The position numbers and the translations under genes are program-made. Under the pieces are notes generated by a model, which saw only the letters and a list, made by a program, of their open reading frames with translations, did not search any database and was not told the origin of the DNA. This document shows, piece after piece, positions 17,206 to 27,331 of a stretch of 64,000 bases of DNA. This stretch comes from Candidatus Nomurabacteria bacterium (GTDB taxonomy: Bacteria; Patescibacteriota; Minisyncoccia; Phycocordibacterales; JACOZG01). Where the stretch lies: positions 27,814 through 91,813 of the forward strand of contig JADLCI010000007.1 of the NCBI GenBank assembly GCA_020847275.1. Reading direction: 5' to 3'. The number at the start of each line of letters is the position of its first letter. Position 1 is the first letter of the stretch.

Positions 17206-19131
17206 ATGCAAAATCAGTTTAGGCAAGAGGAAAAAGATAACGCCTGCACACTGGCCCTACTCTCTGAGTTGGGACAGGTTGGGGAGTTGGAACGTTTCCT
17301 GTTGGAACAACCAGGGACGGTTACCGACTACTTGATTGTGGCGCTTTCTTTAGAAATTGAGACAAAGTTAGAAGAACGTGGGATTTCTTTTGTTTCGGTG
17401 GGTCGCTATAAAAAGATATTCCCAGATCAATTGATTGATGAAGACGTGATGATGGCGGAATTTTTCTCCGATCAACGGTGGAAAAAATTTAGTTATCGCG
17501 GGATCCCATTACTGATCACGTTCAGATTTATGTTTCGTGCCTATCTTCAGCGAGCGCGCTACTATAGTAATTTGCTTATTTCGATACTGGAAACTCATCA
17601 GGGGGTGAGTCGTCTGGTCCTGTTTTCTCCAAGCGAAAAAATATCTAATACATTTGGCAACCTCGCCAAACGTGAGATTAATGTCGTTGTAGATTGTGCA
17701 AAAACAATAGCGTCTATTCGCGGTATTTCTGTTACGGTTATACAACCCAAATCATTCGCCACACTTCGTGATTCCCTAAGGCCGGTACTTTTCTCGGCCC
17801 AACGGGCGATTTTTGGTTTTTTGTTGATTTTATGGAATGCGGTAGTTGTTACTTCACGACGGTCACGACACCCACGTTTGCTGATAAGTGATCATTGGGG
17901 AAACGTTGGTTCGTCTATAAGGTTGCTTAAATATGGCGAATGTATTTTTTTTGATCGTTCAGAGATCAAATGTATCAACTGGCGGCTACTTCTTCGTTAT
18001 CGGATGCGGTTTGTGCACTTTGAAAATTTTCTAACACATAAGATGTGTGTGCGTGCTAAGGAATGTGGACGAGAGTTTATTGATATATGGAATAAGATGC
18101 GAGGAGGTGTCCCTTCGGTTTTCTCGTTCCAGGGCCATTCCCTCGACCCTCTATTCCTTGGTGTGGTCGATGATGTGGTATATAACCTTGAAAAAACACT
18201 TTATCAGATCGAGGGCGCATATGCGATGTATGAAAAATTACAACCCGATCTGGTTATGTTACGTGCGAGTGTGAGCGGGCAGACACATTTTTCTGTTTTA
18301 CCACTGGTGGCGAAGATGTGTGGTATCCCGTCTCTTGAATTACAGCATGGACTAGAATATCTCGGACCTGGTTCTTGGTCGCGAGAGCATGTTGCTGAAT
18401 ATATTGCAGTTTATGGTTCTCTTGTGAAGAAGGAACTGGTCTCAATTGGTTGTGTGGCAGATAAAATCTGGGAAGTTGGTTCACCTCGTATGGATAATTA
18501 TCCGGTATTCAAAGAGAAAAAGATCAAGGATATTTCACGCGGAAAGTTAACATTACTTTGTATTGCGCCTGATATTCGCCCCTTTGAAATATATGATTCG
18601 TATAGTGCCGAAGAATATTTTAAGGTGATTGCGAGGGCGGTTGAGAAACTGAAGGAGAAACACATTATTGTCAAATTGCGTCCTGGTCCCGCTAATGACG
18701 GGTTGCTTCGTGCAATTATTGCTCGTGCATTTTCTCATATACCTTACACAATAGCGCAGAATGAATCTATCGCCGATTTATGTGTTCGAGCTGATGTTGT
18801 AATTTCATGTTACTCAACCACAATTCTAGAAGTGCTTAGAATTGGTTTGCCTACCATCATTCCAGTGTTGAATCGGGTTGACGCGATGGTGACAGAATTT
18901 CATTTTTCTCGGTACCATGACGCTGGTGCTTTACACATAGTGTCTAACCATCAGGGACTTACGGATATCCTCTTGAGGCTTGTTTCTCACCCGGAATTAC
19001 GTGATGAGTTACGAAAAAATGCTTATTCCTTTATTAGAAACAACTTTTGTTTTGATGGAGACTCTTCTCGTCGACTTACGACACTTGTCCTTGAATTGGC
19101 AGCCAAAAAAGCTTCTCGTAAATTAAGCTAA
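17206..19131 (+). CDS. Large GT-B protein, surface-carbohydrate transferase (TagF/capsule-synthesis/nonulosonate-transferase-like)
   Basis: LELQHG, VGSPRMD, IIVKLRP and ADVVISCYSTTILE motifs. Confidence 0.65.
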   Translation: MQNQFRQEEKDNACTLALLSELGQVGELERFLLEQPGTVTDYLIVALSLEIETKLEERGISFVSVGRYKKIFPDQLIDEDVMMAEFFSDQRWKKFSYRGIPLLITFRFMFRAYLQRARYYSNLLISILETHQGVSRLVLFSPSEKISNTFGNLAKREINVVVDCAKTIASIRGISVTVIQPKSFATLRDSLRPVLFSAQRAIFGFLLILWNAVVVTSRRSRHPRLLISDHWGNVGSSIRLLKYGECIFFDRSEIKCINWRLLLRYRMRFVHFENFLTHKMCVRAKECGREFIDIWNKMRGGVPSVFSFQGHSLDPLFLGVVDDVVYNLEKTLYQIEGAYAMYEKLQPDLVMLRASVSGQTHFSVLPLVAKMCGIPSLELQHGLEYLGPGSWSREHVAEYIAVYGSLVKKELVSIGCVADKIWEVGSPRMDNYPVFKEKKIKDISRGKLTLLCIAPDIRPFEIYDSYSAEEYFKVIARAVEKLKEKHIIVKLRPGPANDGLLRAIIARAFSHIPYTIAQNESIADLCVRADVVISCYSTTILEVLRIGLPTIIPVLNRVDAMVTEFHFSRYHDAGALHIVSNHQGLTDILLRLVSHPELRDELRKNAYSFIRNNFCFDGDSSRRLTTLVLELAAKKASRKLS

Positions 19132-19140
19132 CATAGAATC

Positions 19141-20982
19141 ATGTCAATTTTTTCTAAAGAAATATTTGTTGTCTCGGAATTAAGACATATTGACGAAGCT
19201 TGTTTGCAATCTGGACGAGGAAAGACAATCCTCTGTTTTGACTATTTAGTTGAACAGGAACTGATAAAAAAGAATGTCCCACATCTTTCGGCGACAGATT
19301 TCGCAGACCGAGAAGGAGGCGAGGAAGAGTGGTGGAAACTTTCTCACCAGATTGCGGGTGACTGGTATCGTTTACCGACCATGAAGTTTTTCGAGTACCA
19401 GAGTATCCGAATTGCCGAAGCGCCAGAACCACTAATGCAGGCCTATCTGGCAAGGATATTTTATTATGTAAGATTATATTCTGTTCTTAAAAAAGATCGT
19501 CCAGATTCTCAATTGATTATTCCTGTCCCCACCGTCAGTGTATCATCATCACCAGACTGTTTGGCGGCGTTTCACCCGTGGGCAATTATAGACGCAGCAC
19601 GGATGGTGGGTTTGTCGGTTACAACAACAGATAATCGCACAAAAATTCGGTCATATGTATTTCCTAAAACCACGTGGAAGATTTTTATTCTGTGGCTATT
19701 CAATGTTTTTATTGGTTTCGCGCCCCCGCGACGTTTTAAGGTTTATTCCAGTGAATATTGGGCACACCTGTCCTCGGTTGTACCTTATTTAGACGACGCG
19801 GAACTTATACTTTTCGAGAGCAAGGAATTTTATAGGATACCATGGAAAAAAATTCTGAAACATCGTATTCGCGTTCGATATTCGGATGGGATAGTTAGTC
19901 GGTCGGACGAAAACAGAATTAGGAAAATCGCAGAGAAATTTGAAAGTGGTTGGAAGGATGCAAAAAAAGATATCGCACACTATCTTTCTGGTATATGTGA
20001 GAATTTAGAATGGGACCCAATACTCGAGGCCTGCGAACATATTATAACGTATGCGCCACGGGTTGTTGCCGATATAGACTCTCTGCGTAGCATTATGCTA
20101 GAAGAGAAACCAGACATCGTGCTTCAAATGGCATCGGTCGGTGGACCACAGCACTATTTCTTCCTCATGGCCTGTGTTGCGCGACAACTTGGAATAACCT
20201 CTGTTGAATTGCAACATGCGACGGCGACCATTGACCCCCGTTCCGTATTTAGCCGTCTTGAGACGGACTATTTGTTGACTTATGGCCCCGATATTAATTT
20301 GTGGCATGAACGCTTGGGACACGCCCATAATCGACTCGTTGCTGTTGGTTCACCGCGTTTTGATAAATATATTAATGAGCGTGCCCAAGGTCTTGAAAGG
20401 GGGAAAAAATTATTTAGGCAACTCGGTCTTGATGTTCGTAGGCCAGTTCTCTTCGTGGCTGTTCCTTTTTCTGACAACTTTGCGTCGGCGGTTGACTCCT
20501 ATCAGCTTGCCAGCTTTTTTAAGTCGGTCCGTGAAATACAGGACAGAATAAGCGGTCTGCAGATAATTTTTAAATGTCGTGCTCGTAGAGATGTTGCTGT
20601 TACCCAGAAATATCTATACGAATTGTTTCGAGGCGATTGGGTCGTATCTGCTAGCGAAGATATCTTTGCGCTTCTATCTGCGAGCGACGCGGTTGTTTGT
20701 AATAACTCAACGGTGATCTATCAGGCCGTCTTAACGAGAAGGCCGCTCGTTCTCTATCCTTGGAAATTTTTTGATTCATATCATGCACATGTCTACGCAC
20801 CGTTAATCCCTATTTTTTATAACCCAGAAGAGGCTGTCCTTGCGGTCTCGCGTATTTTCACAGACAAGGCATATCGTGACGATCTTCTGTTGCGTCAGGA
20901 ACAGTTTCTCGGGGGGTATTCTTTTGACGGAAAGTCTTCTCAGCGAGTAGCGAAAACTGTTAAGTTGCTTGCGAAAAGATAG
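19141..20982 (+). CDS. Large GT-B protein, paralog of the upstream gene
   Basis: VELQHA, VGSPRFD, SDAVVCNNSTVIYQA and FDGKSSQR motifs; same architecture as 17206-19131. Confidence 0.65.
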   Translation: MSIFSKEIFVVSELRHIDEACLQSGRGKTILCFDYLVEQELIKKNVPHLSATDFADREGGEEEWWKLSHQIAGDWYRLPTMKFFEYQSIRIAEAPEPLMQAYLARIFYYVRLYSVLKKDRPDSQLIIPVPTVSVSSSPDCLAAFHPWAIIDAARMVGLSVTTTDNRTKIRSYVFPKTTWKIFILWLFNVFIGFAPPRRFKVYSSEYWAHLSSVVPYLDDAELILFESKEFYRIPWKKILKHRIRVRYSDGIVSRSDENRIRKIAEKFESGWKDAKKDIAHYLSGICENLEWDPILEACEHIITYAPRVVADIDSLRSIMLEEKPDIVLQMASVGGPQHYFFLMACVARQLGITSVELQHATATIDPRSVFSRLETDYLLTYGPDINLWHERLGHAHNRLVAVGSPRFDKYINERAQGLERGKKLFRQLGLDVRRPVLFVAVPFSDNFASAVDSYQLASFFKSVREIQDRISGLQIIFKCRARRDVAVTQKYLYELFRGDWVVSASEDIFALLSASDAVVCNNSTVIYQAVLTRRPLVLYPWKFFDSYHAHVYAPLIPIFYNPEEAVLAVSRIFTDKAYRDDLLLRQEQFLGGYSFDGKSSQRVAKTVKLLAKR

Positions 20983-21034
20983 GGGCTCTCGTTCCCTTGT
21001 TGAGGTGGTATTTTTGTGTATACTTAATTCTGTG

Positions 21035-22054
21035 ATGAGTACCCAACAACTTAACGGTAAAACCGTCCTCATTACCGGAGGGACTGGTTCTTTTGGCAGG
21101 AATTTTTCTGAATATATTCTTGCGAATTCGAAGCTAAAGAAGCTTATTATTTTCTCTCGTGATGAGTTGAAACAATCAGAAATGGCCGCAGAAATGAAGG
21201 ATGAACGTTTGCGGTTTTTTATTGGTTGTGTCCGTGATCTATCTAGGCTTAGACGTGCTTTCACGGGGGTTGATATTGTTGTGCATGCGGCTGCCTTGAA
21301 ACAGGTGCCAGCACTTGAGTACAACCCCTTTGAGGCGGTGAAGACCAATATTCTCGGCAGTCAAAATGTAATTGAGGCGGCGATTGATCAGGGTGTAAAG
21401 AAAGTTCTTTTGGTTTCGACCGACAAAGCAGCAATGCCAGTTAATCTCTATGGTTCCACGAAGTTGTGCGCGGAGAAGCTTTTTATTGCTGGTAACTCCT
21501 ACAGTGCTAATGGAGATACACGTTTCAGTGCTGTTCGTTACGGAAATATTGTTGGTAGCCGGGGAAGTATCGTTGAAAAATTAGTTCTAGAGAAGGGGGC
21601 TCATACCGTTCATATTACTCACGAGAACATGACTCGTTTCTGGATGGATTTAGAACAGGCATTCCAGATTGTCCTAGCTGCGATTGATGCGATGGAAGGA
21701 GGAGAGATTTTTATACCTAAGGCTCCAGCAATGAAGTTAACTGATGTTTTTAATCTCCTGGCGCCTGGTGCTAAGCGTAACATTGTTGGCGTTCGGCCGG
21801 GAGAGAAAATGCACGAAGTTTTATTGACGAAGGAGGAAGCGCGTCACGCGGTTGAACTCAAAGAACATTTTGTTGTCTTGCCCGAAAATGTCAGTTCGTT
21901 GAGACAGAAGAAAGGACTTCAGAAATTTTTGAAACAAGGTAAGCCGCTAGCGACAGACTTTCACTTTTCAAGCAATGAGGGTGCTAGGCAGATGTCTTCA
22001 AAAGCGCTTCTCCAAATGGTGTCTCGTCTAGAAAAAACGATAAGAGACAAATGA
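21035..22054 (+). CDS. pseB: UDP-N-acetylglucosamine 4,6-dehydratase (inverting)
   Basis: ITGGTGSFG, SRDELKQ, HAAALKQVP, STDKA, NLYGSTK and RYGNIVGSRGS motifs. TATACT at 21019-21024. Confidence 0.92.
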   Translation: MSTQQLNGKTVLITGGTGSFGRNFSEYILANSKLKKLIIFSRDELKQSEMAAEMKDERLRFFIGCVRDLSRLRRAFTGVDIVVHAAALKQVPALEYNPFEAVKTNILGSQNVIEAAIDQGVKKVLLVSTDKAAMPVNLYGSTKLCAEKLFIAGNSYSANGDTRFSAVRYGNIVGSRGSIVEKLVLEKGAHTVHITHENMTRFWMDLEQAFQIVLAAIDAMEGGEIFIPKAPAMKLTDVFNLLAPGAKRNIVGVRPGEKMHEVLLTKEEARHAVELKEHFVVLPENVSSLRQKKGLQKFLKQGKPLATDFHFSSNEGARQMSSKALLQMVSRLEKTIRDK

Positions 22055-23193
22055 TCCCCTATTCCACCCAAGATATTAATGGGTCTGATATTCGGGCGGT
22101 TGTGAGGGTGTTACGCTCGGGATGGTTGACCCAGGGTCCAGCGGTGGTTAAATTTGAGAAAGCTATTGCAGAGAAGGTTGGTGTGCGCTTTGCTGTAGCG
22201 TTCAATTCTGGTACTGCCGCACTTCACGCAGCATATTTTGCTGCTGGTGTAGGTGGTGGTGATGAGGTTATTGTGTCCGCTCTTTCGTTTGCTGCCACGG
22301 CCAACGCGGCCCTGTATCTTAATGCGAAGCCAATTTTTGTTGATTCTGATATCGTGACTGGCAATATGAGTGTCGCTGATGCTATCAAAAAAATAACAAA
22401 TAAAACTAAGGCAATTGTCCCCGTTGACTATGCTGGTCGACCGGTTGATTTACGGGCATTTCGATTATTGGCAAGGAAACATGGGATAACTTTGATAGAA
22501 GATGCCGCGCAGGCGCTTGGATCAAAGTACGGTGGAAAATTGGTGGGGGTTCAAGCCGACATGACCATGTTCAGTTTCCATCCAGTGAAGTCAATTACCA
22601 CGGGCGAAGGGGGAGTAATTGTCACCGATAATCAGAAATTTGACAAGGCAATGCGCCTGTTCCGTAGTCACGGTATTAGCAGAGATGTAAAAACATTTTC
22701 ACGAAAAAACAACGGGGAATGGTACCAGGAGATGAAAGAACTTGGGTTTAATTATCGCATGCCAGAGATGTCGGCGGCGCTTGGTTGGAGTCAGTTGAAA
22801 CGTCTAGATTCTTTTATTTTAAAACGCCAGCTTGCGGCGGATCGATATCGTAAGTTGTTTGCCGGAGTAAGTAACATCATCATTCCACCAGTTGAGGGTA
22901 TTTATGAAAAGTCGGCATGGCATCTGTATCCTGTTAGACTGTCTCCATCTATTGCAAATAGGCGCGATGAAGTTTTTGCTAAGATGCGCAAGGCCGGAAT
23001 TGGTGTGCAGGTTCATCACCTTCCGATTTATCGCCACCTCTATTACGAGAGATTGGGTTATAAAAAAGGGTCTTGCCCAAATGCGGAAGAGTTTGTTGCT
23101 TCAGAAATATCCATCCCGCTATTTCCAAAGATAACTTTTCAACAGCAGAAATTCATTTCAGTTACACTAAAGAACATAATTGCTTCATTATGA
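22051..23193 (+). CDS. pseC: PLP-dependent UDP-4-keto-6-deoxy sugar aminotransferase (DegT family)
   Basis: WLTQGP, EDAAQALG, FSFHPVKSITTGEGG and LGFNYR motifs; coupled to pseB. Confidence 0.9.
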   Translation: MIPYSTQDINGSDIRAVVRVLRSGWLTQGPAVVKFEKAIAEKVGVRFAVAFNSGTAALHAAYFAAGVGGGDEVIVSALSFAATANAALYLNAKPIFVDSDIVTGNMSVADAIKKITNKTKAIVPVDYAGRPVDLRAFRLLARKHGITLIEDAAQALGSKYGGKLVGVQADMTMFSFHPVKSITTGEGGVIVTDNQKFDKAMRLFRSHGISRDVKTFSRKNNGEWYQEMKELGFNYRMPEMSAALGWSQLKRLDSFILKRQLAADRYRKLFAGVSNIIIPPVEGIYEKSAWHLYPVRLSPSIANRRDEVFAKMRKAGIGVQVHHLPIYRHLYYERLGYKKGSCPNAEEFVASEISIPLFPKITFQQQKFISVTLKNIIASL

Positions 23194-24521
23194 AGAGAGA
23201 TTTCAGAAAAGGCGGGGGACAAAAGCTTTGGCGGAAAGCGAAAGGTCTTATACCTGGTGGAAATCAACTTTTATCAAAAAGAAGTGAAATGTTTTTACCT
23301 GAACAATGGCCTTCCTATTACTCAAAAGCAAAAGGCATTGAGGTCTGGGATTTAGATGGTAACCGCTTTGTTGACATGTCTATTATGGGTGTTGGGGCGT
23401 GTCTTCTTGGCTACGGTGATCCTGATGTTGATCGCGCCGTAAAGAGGGCCGTAGAAACTGGTGTCGCGTCTACTCTCAATGCGCCAGAAGAAGTTGAACT
23501 TGCCGAACTGTTGTGTAAAATCCATCCTTGGGCTGATATGGTTCGTTATGCACGTTCTGGAGGAGAGGCGATGGCAATTGCCATCCGAATTGCGAGGGCG
23601 TCAACGGGCAGGGATGTGATTGCTTTTTGTGGTTATCATGGTTGGTCGGACTGGTATTTATCAGCAAATTTATCTGATGATGACAAGCTCGACGGCCACC
23701 TGCTTCCCGGTCTTGAGCCGAAGGGTGTGCCGCGTGGTCTTAAGGGAACACTCTTTCCATTTCACTATAATTCGATTGAGGAATTGGAAAAAATCGTAGC
23801 AGAACAGGGGCGTAGACTTGCGGCAATTGTGATGGAGCCAATGAAGGGAGAGGAGCCCAAGAATCATTTTTTGCATCAAGTGCGAGATTTGGCAGACAAG
23901 GTGGGCGCTGTCCTTATTTTCGATGAGATTACAATTGGCTTTAAAATGACATATGGTGGCGCTCACTTGCTCTGTGGTGTGAATCCAGATATTGCCGTGT
24001 TTGCTAAGGCGATTAGTAATGGTTATGCCATGGCGGCAATTATCGGGAATAAGAAAGTTATGCAGGCAACACAGACCACCTTTATTTCAAGTACTAATTG
24101 GACGGAACGTATTGGGCCTGTCGCGGCTCTGGCGACTCTTAAAAAAATGAAAAAATTAAATGTTTCTCGACGACTTAAGGAGGTGGGGGAACGTGTTCTG
24201 GAGATTTGGATTAATGCGGCAACACGACACAACCTTGCCATCGCAACCGGTGGCCTCCCGCCCCTGAGAAGTTTTTCTTTTAAATACGGTGAGGATAGTC
24301 AGGCACTGAAGACACTTTTTGTGCAGGAAATGTTACAGAGGGGATTTTTAGCAACCAACATGCTCTTTGCTTCGTATGCCCACACCGACATTTTTTTGGA
24401 TAAGTATGAAAAAGCGATAGACAGAGTTTTTGCTTACATTAAGGATACCCTTGATACTGGAACATTGAAAAAGAGACTCAGGAGCCCTGTAGCCCATACC
24501 GGGTTTTCTCGGCTCAATTAA
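23190..24521 (+). CDS. Class III aminotransferase (glutamate-1-semialdehyde aminomutase-like)
   Basis: WDLDGNRFVD, SGGEA, GYHGW, LIFDEI and FAKAISNG motifs. Confidence 0.88.
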   Translation: MKRDFRKGGGQKLWRKAKGLIPGGNQLLSKRSEMFLPEQWPSYYSKAKGIEVWDLDGNRFVDMSIMGVGACLLGYGDPDVDRAVKRAVETGVASTLNAPEEVELAELLCKIHPWADMVRYARSGGEAMAIAIRIARASTGRDVIAFCGYHGWSDWYLSANLSDDDKLDGHLLPGLEPKGVPRGLKGTLFPFHYNSIEELEKIVAEQGRRLAAIVMEPMKGEEPKNHFLHQVRDLADKVGAVLIFDEITIGFKMTYGGAHLLCGVNPDIAVFAKAISNGYAMAAIIGNKKVMQATQTTFISSTNWTERIGPVAALATLKKMKKLNVSRRLKEVGERVLEIWINAATRHNLAIATGGLPPLRSFSFKYGEDSQALKTLFVQEMLQRGFLATNMLFASYAHTDIFLDKYEKAIDRVFAYIKDTLDTGTLKKRLRSPVAHTGFSRLN

Positions 24522-24525
24522 CATC

Positions 24526-25302
24526 ATGATCGCTTCAATCATCCAAGCACGAGTGGGTTCAACAAGATTGCCTGGCAAGATATTAAAGCCAATCTTGGGT
24601 GTGTCGATGCTTGGGCGAATGATTGAGCGAGTAAAGCGTGCGAAAAGGCCTGATGTGATAATCGTTGCGACAACCGAAAAACCAGAGGATGATGTAACGG
24701 TCCGATTGGCGAAGAAATGTGGCGTCATGGTTTTTCGTGGTAGCGAACGGGACGTATTAGATAGGTTTTATGGGGCGGCCAAGGAAGTGGGTGCGGACAT
24801 GGTAGTGCGCCTTACGGGGGATTGCCCCCTTATGGATCCAGCGGTGATTGATTTGGTCATTGATAGTTTTCAAGAATCGAGAAAAATATTCGACTATTGC
24901 AGTACACCAAGCAATTATCCCGAAGGTCTTGATGTGGAGATCTTTACTTTTTCCACGCTTGAAGAAATGGCTCACGAAGCTAGACTACCTTCGGAGCGTG
25001 AACACGTTTCCCTTTTTATTAAGAATCATTCGGACCGCTTCACGAGTAAATCATTGCGCGATGGTGATTCTGATAATTCTTCTATGCACTGGTCGGTTGA
25101 CACTCAAGCGGACTTTGACTTTGTAACGAAAATTTTTGAACGACTTTACCCAACCAATCCTTTTTTCGACAGAGAGGATATTCTTGCATTACTTACAAAA
25201 CATCAGGAAATTTTGGAGATAAATAAAGGCGGGACTGGTTATGAGGGTTTAGCAAAGTCTTTAAGGGAGGATGAAGAAGCCGAGAATAAATTGAAAGTAT
25301 GA
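24526..25302 (+). CDS. SpsF-like cytidylyltransferase (CMP-nonulosonate synthetase-like)
   Basis: IIQARVGSTRLPGK, RLTGDCPL, REHV and SVDT motifs. Confidence 0.88.
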   Translation: MIASIIQARVGSTRLPGKILKPILGVSMLGRMIERVKRAKRPDVIIVATTEKPEDDVTVRLAKKCGVMVFRGSERDVLDRFYGAAKEVGADMVVRLTGDCPLMDPAVIDLVIDSFQESRKIFDYCSTPSNYPEGLDVEIFTFSTLEEMAHEARLPSEREHVSLFIKNHSDRFTSKSLRDGDSDNSSMHWSVDTQADFDFVTKIFERLYPTNPFFDREDILALLTKHQEILEINKGGTGYEGLAKSLREDEEAENKLKV

Positions 25303-26225
25303 CCTTGGGGAAAAATAAATTGGTACTTGGTACAGCACAGCTTGGCATGAATTATGGACTTCATAATTCTCATGGGCAACCCTCAAAGGAAGAGTCTTTT
25401 TCTATTTTGGATAGAGCTTTTTCTGTCCATATAAACACTTTTGATACTGCGCATTCTTATGGCGCATCCGAAGATGTAATCGGTGCTTGGGTGCAGGACC
25501 GATCTATGGCTAACAGGGTTAAGTTAATTTCTAAGATGAAACCAGACGCTATAAATGATTACCCTGATGGAATAAAATTCGTAGACGTTGTGCGACGGGA
25601 ATTGGATAAATCTCTCGCACGACTTCAGGTGGAAACTCTCGATGGTTATTTGTTCCATTCGCCACACTATATATATTTTGATCACATGATGGATGGACTA
25701 CAAAAGGTTCAAGATGCTGGGCTAGTGAAAAATATCGGGGTTTCTGTCTATAACGAATTAGACGCATTGCGGGCTGTTGAGCTGGGTGTAAATTATGTGC
25801 AGGTTCCCTACAATGTATTTGATCAACGGCTCCACCGTACCGATTTTTTTGATATTGCAAAAAATAATAAGATCACCATCTTCGCTCGCAGCCCGTTCCT
25901 ACAGGGTCTTTTGCTAATGCAACCCAGTGAATTACCAGGCCATCTTTCTTATTTCTCTTCCCACCTCGAACAGTTCATTGCTCTCACTAAACGCTATAAT
26001 TTGACACAGGTTGAGTGTGCGCTCCGATTCGTCGATGTTATGTGTCCCGCTGAGCACATTGTATTTGGTGTTGATACATTAACACAACTTGACGAGGGTG
26101 TTCGCGTTATGGGGGCGACTACTTCAGGTGCGGACGATGAATGGGTGATTGAAGCGCGGGATATTTTTAAAGACCTTAATTCCGGAATGATTAACCCAAG
26201 TTTGTGGGGTAAAATAAAGCGATAA
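25299..26225 (+). CDS. Aldo/keto reductase
   Basis: LGTAQLG, FDTAHSYG, IGVSVY, QVPYNVFD and RSPFLQGLL motifs. Confidence 0.88.
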   Translation: MTLGKNKLVLGTAQLGMNYGLHNSHGQPSKEESFSILDRAFSVHINTFDTAHSYGASEDVIGAWVQDRSMANRVKLISKMKPDAINDYPDGIKFVDVVRRELDKSLARLQVETLDGYLFHSPHYIYFDHMMDGLQKVQDAGLVKNIGVSVYNELDALRAVELGVNYVQVPYNVFDQRLHRTDFFDIAKNNKITIFARSPFLQGLLLMQPSELPGHLSYFSSHLEQFIALTKRYNLTQVECALRFVDVMCPAEHIVFGVDTLTQLDEGVRVMGATTSGADDEWVIEARDIFKDLNSGMINPSLWGKIKR

Positions 26226-26296
26226 TTAATTGAAATAGGATGAGACGGTGTAGCCGAAGACAAAAGACGGCTATCGGTGTAAAATGAAACAACGTT

Positions 26297-27331
26297 ATGA
26301 ACAACAAGACTGTCAACATTGGAGGTCGCTGTGTAGGAGAAGGTCAACCTGTTTTTATTATCGCAGAGGTTAGCGCAAACCATCGCGGGAAGATTGAAAC
26401 CGCACTATCTGCTATTGACATAGCGGCAGATGCTGGTGCGGATGCAGTGAAGTTTCAACACCTAACCCATAATAAAATTGCCGCTGAACCGCTTTCTGAT
26501 TTTTATAAGTCTGCAGAATTGCCAGACGGTTGGACAGAAAAACTTGTTGAACGGTCAAAGAAAAAAAATATTTTTTTTCTATCAACGCCATTTGACCTAG
26601 AAGCCGTGGATCTTCTCGATGAAATTGGGGTCCCAGCTTTTAAGGTCGCGTCTTATGAGATGACCGACGATGTTTTGTTGCGACATATTTCTAGAAAGGG
26701 GAAACCGATTATACTTTCTACTGGTATGGCTTATCTTGAAGAAGTTAAACACGCGATTAACGTTATTAAGCAAGAAGATAATGAACAGGTAATTGCGCTC
26801 CATTGCGTTTCTCTCTACCCCCCTGAGTTTAGAGACCTGAATCTCCGAGTAATAGAAACAATGCGTCGAGAATTGGGCTGTCCAATCGGGTATTCTGATC
26901 ATGCGAATCCGTCATCGAATGTGGCAACTCTTGGCGCAATTGCTCTTGGTGCTTGCGTGATTGAACGTCACATAACCGACTCACAAGAAGGTGGCAGTAA
27001 TGATGATAAAAATTCAATGACGCCAGAGCAACTGAAACAAATGGTCATAGAGATTCGTGATCTTTCGGCGGCTCTCTCTGGTGCGGGAGTTAAGGCACCA
27101 GTGTCTGATCCTGGTCGTGGCGTGGACGAGATAAGAGAGCGTAGTACACGTCGTTCACTCTATGCTGTACGCGATATTGTTGAAGGGGAAGCTATGTCTG
27201 CAGACATGATTGTCACATTGAGGCCCATGAAAGGCATTGAACCAAAGGATTTTCAGCAAGTCATGGGTCGAAAGACGCTTCGTGCTATTTCAGCACGTTC
27301 GCCGATTACCTGGCAAGATATAGAGAGATGA
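26297..27331 (+). CDS. pseI: Nonulosonate synthase (NeuB/PseI family) with C-terminal SAF domain
   Basis: IIAEVSANH, GADAVKFQ, KVASYE, STGMA, HCVSLYP, GYSDH, IERH and RRSLY motifs. Confidence 0.85.
   Translation: MNNKTVNIGGRCVGEGQPVFIIAEVSANHRGKIETALSAIDIAADAGADAVKFQHLTHNKIAAEPLSDFYKSAELPDGWTEKLVERSKKKNIFFLSTPFDLEAVDLLDEIGVPAFKVASYEMTDDVLLRHISRKGKPIILSTGMAYLEEVKHAINVIKQEDNEQVIALHCVSLYPPEFRDLNLRVIETMRRELGCPIGYSDHANPSSNVATLGAIALGACVIERHITDSQEGGSNDDKNSMTPEQLKQMVIEIRDLSAALSGAGVKAPVSDPGRGVDEIRERSTRRSLYAVRDIVEGEAMSADMIVTLRPMKGIEPKDFQQVMGRKTLRAISARSPITWQDIER

Noticed and set aside
23190-24521. hemL (tetrapyrrole synthesis)
   Set aside because: It is coupled between pseC and spsF with no hem genes in the window; GSA-aminomutase-like enzymes recur in sugar-modification clusters.
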